The position numbers and the translations under genes are program-made. 64,000 nucleotides of DNA from Bacillota bacterium (lineage in GTDB: Bacteria; Pseudomonadota; Gammaproteobacteria; Natronospirales; REEB76), in contig JBLNDO010000024.1 in NCBI GenBank assembly GCA_050261675.1, forward strand, positions 9,276 to 73,275. The letters run 5' to 3'. Shown in pieces: positions 8,998 to 16,269 of the stretch. The notes under the pieces are model-generated. The model had not been told where the DNA came from and did not search any database. It saw nothing but the letters and a program-made list of their open reading frames with translations. Each line of letters opens with the position of its first letter. Within the stretch, counting starts at the first letter, position 1.

Positions 8998-9122
8998 AAA
9001 TGCGTCTTTTCATCCCATACTTCGTTGCGCCGCTCGCTCGCATCCTCATTACGCAATTCGGTAACTCCGGTGCTCGTCTCGCGCCGCGCCTCGTCTGGAA
9101 CGAAAATCCGCTATTTTTACTC
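8992..9122. repeat. Diverged, AT-enriched third copy of the ~130-bp TA-flanked repeat (copy C)
   Basis: It has the same length class (131 bp) as copies A and B. The termini cTAAAAATGCG ... CGCTATTTTTAc are inverted. A central/right block (cgttgcgc ... gctcgtctcgcgccgcgcctcg) aligns with copy A. The left TA belongs to the ParA TAA stop at 8995-8997. Confidence 0.45.
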
Positions 9123-9191
9123 CGTTGTCTTATCGCTTTGTCAGCTGGCGTATCGGGAGCTTATGCACGCCAACCTAATCAATCCGCCGTC

Positions 9192-9761
9192 ATGGATACC
9201 ACTAGCGGGAAAGTCACAATCCAGGTCGAAGGGGATAACAATAAGCAAGCGCTTCATTTGGTTATCACTGACGAAAAAGGGAATCGCTTATCGGATATTG
9301 GATTCAAGACTTTGGAAGACCCCACGTATGAACACGAAGATTTGCGCTTTGAGATCATTCATATTAATGGAATAGATTTTCCGCTCATCGCCGTCGTCGC
9401 AGGCTATGCTGGCGGATCGGATTCCCAGTTCGAATCCACTCTTGTGTCAGTGGTCGGCGCAAAGACACAGGAGTTGGTGCCGCATCTCGAAACAAATATC
9501 GAAGGTGCTGTCTGTCCAGGCAACTTTGGCACAGATTCAAAACCGGGGGTTCTTCGTGTGAATTTCAAATGGGGCGATGAGGGTCATTACCAGCCTCACT
9601 TGTATGAATATTGGTTCTATTCTTGGGATGGGAAACAGTTCGTATTGTCGAAACATGGTCAGACAAAGAAAGAATACGGCGAAGTGAAAAAAGCTATCTC
9701 TGAATTGGGGTATACCTGCAAAAGGGACATCGTCTACGATCTGATGTCGGAAATGTATTAA
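9192..9761 (+). CDS. Hypothetical protein (no recognisable domain), in the low-GC island
   Basis: Open frame with AT-rich codon usage unlike its neighbours. The ORF formally starts at 9000 but the first 190 nt run through the repeat copy; the first plausible ATG is 9192. Its stop overlaps the next start (TAATG at 9759-9763). Confidence 0.5.
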   Translation: MDTTSGKVTIQVEGDNNKQALHLVITDEKGNRLSDIGFKTLEDPTYEHEDLRFEIIHINGIDFPLIAVVAGYAGGSDSQFESTLVSVVGAKTQELVPHLETNIEGAVCPGNFGTDSKPGVLRVNFKWGDEGHYQPHLYEYWFYSWDGKQFVLSKHGQTKKEYGEVKKAISELGYTCKRDIVYDLMSEMY

Positions 9762-10204
9762 TGCGACTCTGGTCGCTGCATCCGATGTATCTGGACGCGA
9801 AGGGATTGGTGGCGCTTTGGCGCGAAGCTCTACTAGCTCAAGCAGTTCTTTCTGGAAAAACAAAAGGCTATAGGAACCATCCCCAGCTCATCCGGTTCAA
9901 GGAACACAGGAACCCCAAGGCCGCCATCGCCACGTACTTACGGGAAGTCCAGGCGGAAGCGACTCGGCGGGGATATAGTTTTGACGCCCGGAAGATCGGG
10001 CGGGGGAAGGTCAGGGCTAAGTCCATCAAGGTCACGCGGGGGCAGTTGGAATACGAATGGAAGCATCTGAGGCGTAAACTCAAAGTTAGAGATCCTGCTG
10101 CACTGCAAAATTTACCTTCATTAAATTTTGCGGAATCACACGCACTATTTGGTGTAATTGACGGGGGAATGCAGGAATGGGAGAAGGGAAACCGAAAATA
10201 TTGA
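9761..10204 (+). CDS. Pyrimidine-dimer DNA glycosylase / endonuclease V (DenV)-like family protein
   Basis: MRLWSLHPMYLDAKGLVALWREALLAQAVL.GKTKGYRNHPQLIRFK matches my recollection of the bacterial/archaeal Pyr_excise-like family N-terminus. Low GC. Confidence 0.7.
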   Translation: MRLWSLHPMYLDAKGLVALWREALLAQAVLSGKTKGYRNHPQLIRFKEHRNPKAAIATYLREVQAEATRRGYSFDARKIGRGKVRAKSIKVTRGQLEYEWKHLRRKLKVRDPAALQNLPSLNFAESHALFGVIDGGMQEWEKGNRKY

Positions 10205-10299
10205 TGTCGCTAGATTCTCATCTTCAATGAAATTCTTCCCTGTTCTAGCATTTATATCTCGGCTTTGCGCGGTAAATCCACCACTTGAGGAGCTCTTGG

Positions 10300-10431
10300 A
10301 TGAGTAAGGAGAAAGCCATGACAAATGAAAGCAACAAGTTGGTGGAGTTCACTCAGCTATATGCGCGTCTCATGAATCAAATGTTATTTTCAAGAAACAC
10401 CAGCATTATTTATGACACGCACTTAATTTGA
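10300..10431 (+). CDS. Possible small protein (43 aa), low confidence
   Basis: ATG preceded by GAGGAG 8 nt upstream. Product is MSKEKAMTNESNKLVEFTQLYARLMNQMLFSRNTSIIYDTHLI. No homology recognised. Confidence 0.2.
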   Translation: MSKEKAMTNESNKLVEFTQLYARLMNQMLFSRNTSIIYDTHLI

Positions 10432-10640
10432 AACTGACTCTCTTGTTTCTATAAAAACGATTTCAACAAATAATGCGCAAACTACCGGCCAAAACGCCAC
10501 ATAAGAAATTTCTTCGAACGACCCCGCCTCCACCGGACCCGCGATTCGATTTAGAAATATCCCTGACCCGATAGATCAAGACCAAAACCGCGCAAGTCCC
10601 CGCCGCGCGCGGCTCTCCCCATTCTTTCCGGAAGACCGCG
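10423..10640 (-). pseudogene. 3'-terminal remnant of a paralogue of the membrane-protein gene at 12754-13563
   Basis: The minus-strand translation ...SGIFLNRIAGPVEAGSFEEISYVAFWPVVCALFVEIVFIETRESVSN* aligns with the C-terminus ...SGVLLIFQKQIAGPLEAGSFEQIAYVAFWPAVSALFTEFVVVGTRKAP* of the intact gene. There is an in-frame TGA (complement of 10576-10578) and no start codon. A 64-nt core is about 77 percent identical at the nucleotide level by hand count, with most differences being G/C in the intact gene versus A/T in the fragment. Confidence 0.6.
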
Positions 10641-10690
10641 GCCGGGCGTTATACTGGCCGGCATCTCAGGCGGAAACGGGGTCTTGGGCC

Positions 10691-11773
10691 TTGAGGCAGC
10701 GCATCCAGTTCTGCACCACCCGCGACGACGTGCGCCTCGCCTATGCGAAGAGCGGCGAGGGCCCGCCCTTGGTCAAGGCCGCGGGCTGGCTCACGCACCT
10801 GGAGCAGGAGTGGGACAACCCGGTCTGGCGCCACTGGCTGAACGAGCTTTCCGCGGAAAACACCCTGTTCCGCTACGACCCGCGCGGCTCCGGCCTCTCG
10901 GACCGGAACGTGGGCAACGTGGATCTCGAGGTCTGGGTCCACGATCTCGAGACCATGGTGGATGCCGCGGGGCTTGATCGCTTCCCCCTGCTCGGCAGCT
11001 GCCAGGGCGGGCCGGTGGCCGTCGCCTATGCCGCGCGCCACCCGGAGCGCGTGAGCCGCCTCATCCTCTTCGGCAGCTACCTGAAGGGCGCCTTCGCCGG
11101 CCCGCCGGATTCGCCGAAGGCGGCGGAAGCCCAGGCGCTGGAAAAGCTCATCGAAGTGGGCTGGGGCCACGACGTGCCCGCGTTCCGCCAGGTGTTCTCG
11201 AGCCTGCTCATGCCCGATGCGGACATCGGCCTGCTGCAGGCCTTGGGGGAGCTGGAGCGCATTTCCAGTTCCGCCGGGACCGCCGCGCGCTGCTGGCACG
11301 CGTTCCACTCCTTTAATGTGCAGGAGGAGGTCGCCCGCGTGAAGGCCGAGACTCTGGTGATGCATTCCCGCGGCGACGCTATGGTGCCCTTCGAGGAGGG
11401 GCGCCGCCTGGCCTCGCTGCTTCCCGGCGCGCGCATGGTCACGCTGGAGGGCCGCAACCACATCCTGCTGGAGTCGGAGCCCGCCTGGCGCGAGTTCCTG
11501 CAGGAGCTGCGCTCCTTCCTGCAAGAGGAGGCGGCCCCGGGCGCGCGCGGCCACGCCGAGGGCTTTGCCGAGCTCACCCAGCGGGAGCAGAGCGTGCTCG
11601 ACCTCGTGGCCCAGGGGCTCGACAACGGCGAGATCGCCGTGCGGCTCTTTATCAGCGAGAGCACCGTGAGCAACCACCTCACCAACATCTTCGCCAAGCT
11701 CAACGTGACCCGCCGCGCCCAGGCCATCGTGCAGGCCCGCGAGGCGGGCTTCGGCCGCCGCCTGGATTCCTGA
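10691..11773 (+). CDS. Alpha/beta-hydrolase domain fused to a LuxR-type helix-turn-helix (transcriptional regulator)
   Basis: N-terminal hydrolase fold (YDPRGSGLSD, GSCQGG nucleophile-elbow-like). C-terminal LTQREQSVLDLVAQGLDNGEIAVRLFISESTVSNHLTNIFAKL. TTG start. Confidence 0.85.
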   Translation: MRQRIQFCTTRDDVRLAYAKSGEGPPLVKAAGWLTHLEQEWDNPVWRHWLNELSAENTLFRYDPRGSGLSDRNVGNVDLEVWVHDLETMVDAAGLDRFPLLGSCQGGPVAVAYAARHPERVSRLILFGSYLKGAFAGPPDSPKAAEAQALEKLIEVGWGHDVPAFRQVFSSLLMPDADIGLLQALGELERISSSAGTAARCWHAFHSFNVQEEVARVKAETLVMHSRGDAMVPFEEGRRLASLLPGARMVTLEGRNHILLESEPAWREFLQELRSFLQEEAAPGARGHAEGFAELTQREQSVLDLVAQGLDNGEIAVRLFISESTVSNHLTNIFAKLNVTRRAQAIVQAREAGFGRRLDS

Positions 11774-11951
11774 GCCGCGCGCTTGGGACCCGGGTCCTAA
11801 GTCCCTAAGCGTTTTCTTCCCCTCCGTCCGCAAAACCCGACCGCGGTCCCATGACCGCGCCCGCCTCTCCGCGCCACCATGGCCGCTGGGTCTCCGGCGC
11901 TTCGCCGGCCGCCCTAATCTCAATGACATACGGGGATCTAAGGAGGAGAAC

Positions 11952-12710
11952 ATGCTGCGCTATCTCGCATTCCTATATGGTGTCGTCGGCTACGCCGCTT
12001 TCCTGGGCGTGTTCCTGTACGCCATCGCGTTCCTCTGCGGCCTGCCGGTGCCGGTGAACGTGGACACGCCCTCGAAGCTCGGCGCCGGCGAGGCGGCGAT
12101 CGTGGACCTAGTGCTGCTCGGCCTCTTCGGCGTGCAGCACAGCGGCATGGCGCGGCGCGCCTTCAAGCGCGCCTGGACGAAAGTGGTGCCGGAACACGTG
12201 GAGCGCTCCACCTTCGTGTGGGCCTCCGACGCCGCGCTCGCGCTCGTCCTGTGGCAGTGGCAGGGCATCCCTGCGGTCGTCTGGCAGGTGGAATCGCCCG
12301 TGGTTCGCGGCGCGGTGTGGGGCCTCGCGGCGCTCGGCTGGCTCCTGCTGCTCGCATCCACCTTCGCCGTGAGCCACGCGGATCTCTTCGGCCTCCGGCA
12401 GGTATATTTCCACCTCCGCGAGCGGGCGGCGGCGCCGTTCAAGCTCTTCACGGGCTCGCTTTACGGCGTCGTGCGGCATCCCATCATGCTCGGCTTCGTG
12501 ATCGCCTTCTGGGCGGCGCCAACCATGACGGCCGGGCACCTCCTGTTCTCGGCGGTGGCCACGGGTTACATCCTCGCCGCCATCCAGCTGGAGGAGCGCG
12601 ACCTCATCGCCGCGTTCGGCGAGGCCTACCGGCGTTACCGCCGTGACGTGCCCATGCTGATCCCCTTCCTCAGCCGGCGCGCGGCCGGACGGTCGGCGAC
12701 GGATTCCTGA
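11952..12710 (+). CDS. Membrane methyltransferase of the ICMT/PEMT family (MddA-like)
   Basis: Polytopic membrane protein with C-terminal GLYGVVRHPIMLGFVIAFWAAPTMT...LEERDLIAAFGEAYRRYRRDVP, typical of isoprenylcysteine carboxyl methyltransferase-like enzymes. Confidence 0.7.
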   Translation: MLRYLAFLYGVVGYAAFLGVFLYAIAFLCGLPVPVNVDTPSKLGAGEAAIVDLVLLGLFGVQHSGMARRAFKRAWTKVVPEHVERSTFVWASDAALALVLWQWQGIPAVVWQVESPVVRGAVWGLAALGWLLLLASTFAVSHADLFGLRQVYFHLRERAAAPFKLFTGSLYGVVRHPIMLGFVIAFWAAPTMTAGHLLFSAVATGYILAAIQLEERDLIAAFGEAYRRYRRDVPMLIPFLSRRAAGRSATDS

Positions 12711-12722
12711 GCGAAGTGCTTC

Positions 12723-12749
12723 GGGCGCCCCGCGTGTGGCGGGGCGCCC
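12723..12749. terminator. GC-rich hairpin between convergent genes (possible bidirectional terminator)
   Basis: gggcgccccgc-gtgtg-gcggggcgccc is a perfect 11-bp stem. There is no clear T-run. Confidence 0.45.
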
Positions 12750-12753
12750 GTCG

Positions 12754-13563
12754 CTATGGAGCCTTGCGCGTCCCCACCACCACAAACTCGGTAAACAACG
12801 CGCTCACCGCCGGCCAAAACGCCACGTAGGCGATCTGTTCGAAACTCCCCGCCTCCAGCGGTCCCGCAATCTGCTTTTGGAAGATCAACAACACCCCTGA
12901 AGTAATCGCGAAGGCATAGAGCGCCAGCGGCAGCTTGAAGAGCCGCCACCGGGCGGCGCGGTACTTGTAGATGTAGAAGACCGTGGCGGCGAAAGCCCAG
13001 ATCAGCGCTGCCCAGGGCACCCATTCCAGTGGCACCACGAATACCAGCAACATCGGCGGCACCACCGTGAGGAACCAGGCGAGGAGGCTTCCCGCCACCC
13101 AGCGGAACAGGTCTTCCAGCAGGTTGACCGACTGGTCGAGCCACCAGGGCGTGGGCAGGCCCGGCTGTGTCCGGGCCTCGAACTTGGCGGACCAGTAGCC
13201 ACCCGGGTATTTCGCCGCGAGCGGGGCGTAGCCCGCCGCCAGGGCCACGGCAATCTTGCTGCCGGTCCAGACCGTGAACGAGCCGAGCACGGCAGCCGCC
13301 GCGAGATAGCACCAGAAACCCAAGGGGACGCGCAGCACGAGCCGCTGATCCTTGGTCCACCACCAGGCGGCGCCCAGGGTCATGAGCCCGATGAGCGCCA
13401 CGGCGGTGGCGAAATCACCGTGGGCGATGGTGGAGATCAGCTCTCCGATACCCCAGGCGATGAGAATGATGACAAGCAGGAACGCCAGGTCCATTAGACC
13501 TGAACCGACAAACCCGCGTTGAAATCCCCTTCTCCCCATGGCTTGAGTATATTCCCGGCGCAT
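12754..13563 (-). CDS. Polytopic inner-membrane protein, unknown function
   Basis: Multiple hydrophobic helices, Trp-rich. Start uncertain (alternative ATG at 13494). A decayed paralogue fragment lies at 10423-10640. Confidence 0.65.
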   Translation of the reverse strand: MRREYTQAMGRRGFQRGFVGSGLMDLAFLLVIILIAWGIGELISTIAHGDFATAVALIGLMTLGAAWWWTKDQRLVLRVPLGFWCYLAAAAVLGSFTVWTGSKIAVALAAGYAPLAAKYPGGYWSAKFEARTQPGLPTPWWLDQSVNLLEDLFRWVAGSLLAWFLTVVPPMLLVFVVPLEWVPWAALIWAFAATVFYIYKYRAARWRLFKLPLALYAFAITSGVLLIFQKQIAGPLEAGSFEQIAYVAFWPAVSALFTEFVVVGTRKAP

Positions 13564-13580
13564 CCACTAGAATCGGGACC

Positions 13581-14480
13581 ATGAAGACACGCCGTTTATT
13601 TTTATTGCTGCTGCTCGGCTTCGCGGCCGCGGCCTGCGAGAAGGGCCGACAGGTGGCGGACATCACCACGCGCCAGGGCGGGCATTTTCTGGTGGTGGAC
13701 CCGAAAGCCGACTACGTGCGCATCTGTCACGAGGGCGAAATCGACGCCTTCAAGAACGAGGCTTGGGCTGGATTGCGCATTGATTCCGAGGAGGTGAAGG
13801 CGCCTTCCCAGGAGGAACAGGAAATCCCCTGGGAGAAGATCGAGCACATCGATTTCGGCGCGCCCGCCGGCGACCTGGGCGACTTCTGCCCGGGTCTGCC
13901 CGAAGACATCGCCGCGGAGGTGCACTATCCGGACGGGCACATGGAAAAACACAAGCTGGAGGACACCACCGATGACGGCATCAACGGCCTCACGGAGCGC
14001 GGCAAGGTGGTGATCCCGCTACGGAACGTGGCGAGCCTCAAGATGGTGCCGGACCAGAAATGGCCCTGGTCCACGGCCGCCGAGAAGTACTACGGCGTGA
14101 CCCTGACCGCCACCTGGAACGACGGCAAGACCGCCGTGGTGCAACAGCCCAACTTTTACTTCAACGCCAGCAAACATCACGGCGACGACACGCTGGTCTC
14201 GCCCTTCGGCGACTATGTGTATGACTATCCGGCCATCATCGCCGGCGCGCGGGTGGACCTGCCCTGGAACATGTTGAAGCGCATCGAGATCGAGTCCAAG
14301 CCCGGCGAACCACGCAAGGTGAAACTCACCTTCACCGACGGACACACCGAAGAAGTGATGCAGGCGGACGCGAACCTGGAGAACCTCAGTCGGGACGACA
14401 ACCCCGAGACGGAGGTCTACGTGACGCGCATGGACATCACGTCCACGCCCCAGGTACCTCCGAAGAATTCGGGCGGTTAA
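13581..14480 (+). CDS. Hypothetical lipoprotein
   Basis: MKTRRLFLLLLLGFAAAAC is a signal peptide with a lipobox. No domain recognised. Confidence 0.65.
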   Translation: MKTRRLFLLLLLGFAAAACEKGRQVADITTRQGGHFLVVDPKADYVRICHEGEIDAFKNEAWAGLRIDSEEVKAPSQEEQEIPWEKIEHIDFGAPAGDLGDFCPGLPEDIAAEVHYPDGHMEKHKLEDTTDDGINGLTERGKVVIPLRNVASLKMVPDQKWPWSTAAEKYYGVTLTATWNDGKTAVVQQPNFYFNASKHHGDDTLVSPFGDYVYDYPAIIAGARVDLPWNMLKRIEIESKPGEPRKVKLTFTDGHTEEVMQADANLENLSRDDNPETEVYVTRMDITSTPQVPPKNSGG

Positions 14481-14486
14481 GAGCGT

Positions 14487-15149
14487 CTAAGCCTTGACCG
14501 GCTTGCGTTCGAGGAAGTAGGCAATCAGCGCGAATCCCGCGTACAGGATGAAGCCGCTCACGGCCATGATCCTGATCGAAGGCGGCGGCGGGCCGAAAGA
14601 GCCCGCAGCCTGGAAAGCCGTCATGACGAAGCAGAAGATCACCAGCGTGACTTTCTTCGCCCGCGTGAGTTCCGGCGTCCTGGCGAAATAGAACGCGAGG
14701 CCGCCGAAGAGCAGCAGGAGTTCCGTCGCCAATTCCAGCATGGGGAAATTCCAGAGCCCCAGCCCTACCTTGCGGCTCTCGTCCGTGAGCGGCAGATCCG
14801 GCAGGTGCACCACGAGGTCCAGCACCCAGTGGGAGGCGACGCAGAGCGCCAGCATGCCGGCGGCGAGCTGGGAGCCCTGGCGCCGCGTCAGCACGAAGCG
14901 GTAGAAGCCGTAGGCCACCGCGGCCCAGCCCACCGCCGCCATGAGGCTGTGGGTGTAGGGGTAGTAGTCGAACACCAGGGGACCCGAGGGGTTCACCCCC
15001 GGCTCCACGTGCACCTTCTCCACGCCGAAGAAGACCAGCACGGTCCAGAGCACGTCCACCCATTGCACGGCGAGGAAATACACCCAAAGCGGGAGCCGCT
15101 TTTCCGCGCCTCTTGCGGCAAACGCAACGCCGTAGTGACCGACGAACAC
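14487..15149 (-). CDS. Integral membrane protein, possibly a YdjM/DUF457-like metal-dependent hydrolase
   Basis: MFVGHYGVAF... with a conserved early His and 6-7 hydrophobic segments. Family assignment is tentative. Confidence 0.55.
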   Translation of the reverse strand: MFVGHYGVAFAARGAEKRLPLWVYFLAVQWVDVLWTVLVFFGVEKVHVEPGVNPSGPLVFDYYPYTHSLMAAVGWAAVAYGFYRFVLTRRQGSQLAAGMLALCVASHWVLDLVVHLPDLPLTDESRKVGLGLWNFPMLELATELLLLFGGLAFYFARTPELTRAKKVTLVIFCFVMTAFQAAGSFGPPPPSIRIMAVSGFILYAGFALIAYFLERKPVKA

Positions 15150-15150
15150 G

Positions 15151-15561
15151 TCAGTGGCCCGGCGGCGGCGGTTCGGTGTGGTCGAGTCGCAGCACCGCCT
15201 TGTGAGGCTGCCCCGGACCGTTGAACTCCACCCAGATTTCGTAGACCTCTCCGGCCTTGAACTCCTGGGTGATCGTCACTTCGGGGTCGTCGAAACCCGT
15301 ATCCGATGTACCGAGCGTGAGGGTGTGGTTGCCGGGCAGGAAGGTGATATCCGTCGGACAACTCTTGCCGTTCCCGTCCAGGCGCCGCCCGTCAATGGCG
15401 CACACGAAGGAGCCGATTTGTCCATTGAGAGGATTGAGTCCGCTCTGGCCGCTCACCGTCACCACTTCCCAGGGTTGCTTGCCCTCCGTACCCGGAAGCT
15501 GCACCGTGGCGCAGCCTGCAAGCATGAGCAGCACCAAGCCGAAAATCCATTTCGCTTTCAT
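15151..15561 (-). CDS. Small lipoprotein, unknown function
   Basis: MKAKWIFGLVLLMLAGC lipobox. This is only the last 136 codons of the 525-aa ORF in the track. Confidence 0.6.
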   Translation of the reverse strand: MKAKWIFGLVLLMLAGCATVQLPGTEGKQPWEVVTVSGQSGLNPLNGQIGSFVCAIDGRRLDGNGKSCPTDITFLPGNHTLTLGTSDTGFDDPEVTITQEFKAGEVYEIWVEFNGPGQPHKAVLRLDHTEPPPPGH

Positions 15562-15616
15562 AATCCCTGCCCCTTTTGGTTTACCGTTCGTGCGCCGATT
15601 ATTGCACGGGACGCCG

Positions 15617-16147
15617 TCAGACCAGAAAGCCGCTTGCCCCCAGCAAAACGCCCAACACCGCCGCGGCGAGGCCCACGGCGGGGAAGGATTTCTTGCGGGA
15701 CAGGAAGTAGAGCGAGCAGAGCACCAGGCCGAGTTCCAACAGCCCCTCGCCGAGGTCGAAGCGCAGGGCGCGTTCCTCGGCGCCCAGGGATTCCGCTTCC
15801 TTGGCTTCCGCGTCCTTCTGGATGGCGTCGGTTTCCGAGGCGTAGCGGTCCCGGTCGTTCTCCATCTTGGCGAGCTTCTTCTGGCCCTCGGGGGAGAGCT
15901 TGGGCATCGTGCCGAGCAGGGTCGCGCCCACGTCCAGCACCTCGCCGCGGATCTTCTTCGCCTGGTAGTAGGACCACTCATCGTTGGCCTCGGTCTTGTG
16001 GATGACCGCGGCGGTGTGCTCGCGGTGGGAGGCGATGGTGACGCCGGCGAGCAGGATGCCGATGACCCCCACCAGGACGCCGATGCGCTTGCCGAAGGAA
16101 TCGCCGTCGTGGTGGCTGTGTTCGTGATGGATCTCGATCTCCGCCAT
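15617..16147 (-). CDS. DUF4337-family membrane-anchored protein
   Basis: His-rich N-terminus, a transmembrane segment, then ANDEWSYYQAKKIRGE and a C-terminal transmembrane pair, as in DUF4337. Start taken at MAEIEI. Confidence 0.7.
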   Translation of the reverse strand: MAEIEIHHEHSHHDGDSFGKRIGVLVGVIGILLAGVTIASHREHTAAVIHKTEANDEWSYYQAKKIRGEVLDVGATLLGTMPKLSPEGQKKLAKMENDRDRYASETDAIQKDAEAKEAESLGAEERALRFDLGEGLLELGLVLCSLYFLSRKKSFPAVGLAAAVLGVLLGASGFLV

Positions 16148-16269
16148 GGTCCGCTCTCCGCCCTTAAGGCCCAAAAAGGCGCGTATTTTGCCCTGCCGGC
16201 GGCCGGATGGGGAGGCCCCGGTTGACCTGGATCAAGGCTGAGGGCCGCCCCGGGGGCTAGGGTAAGGGC

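Noticed and set aside
9000-9191. 64-codon N-terminal extension of the island's hypothetical protein
   Set aside because: The frame stays open by running through repeat copy C (8992-9122). The start at 9192 remains uncertain but is more plausible.
10649-11953. 434-aa minus-strand ORF covering the whole hydrolase-LuxR gene
   Set aside because: It is antisense to a gene with clear domain content. Its Arg/Gly/Ala/Pro-rich low-complexity translation is typical of shadow ORFs in high-GC DNA.
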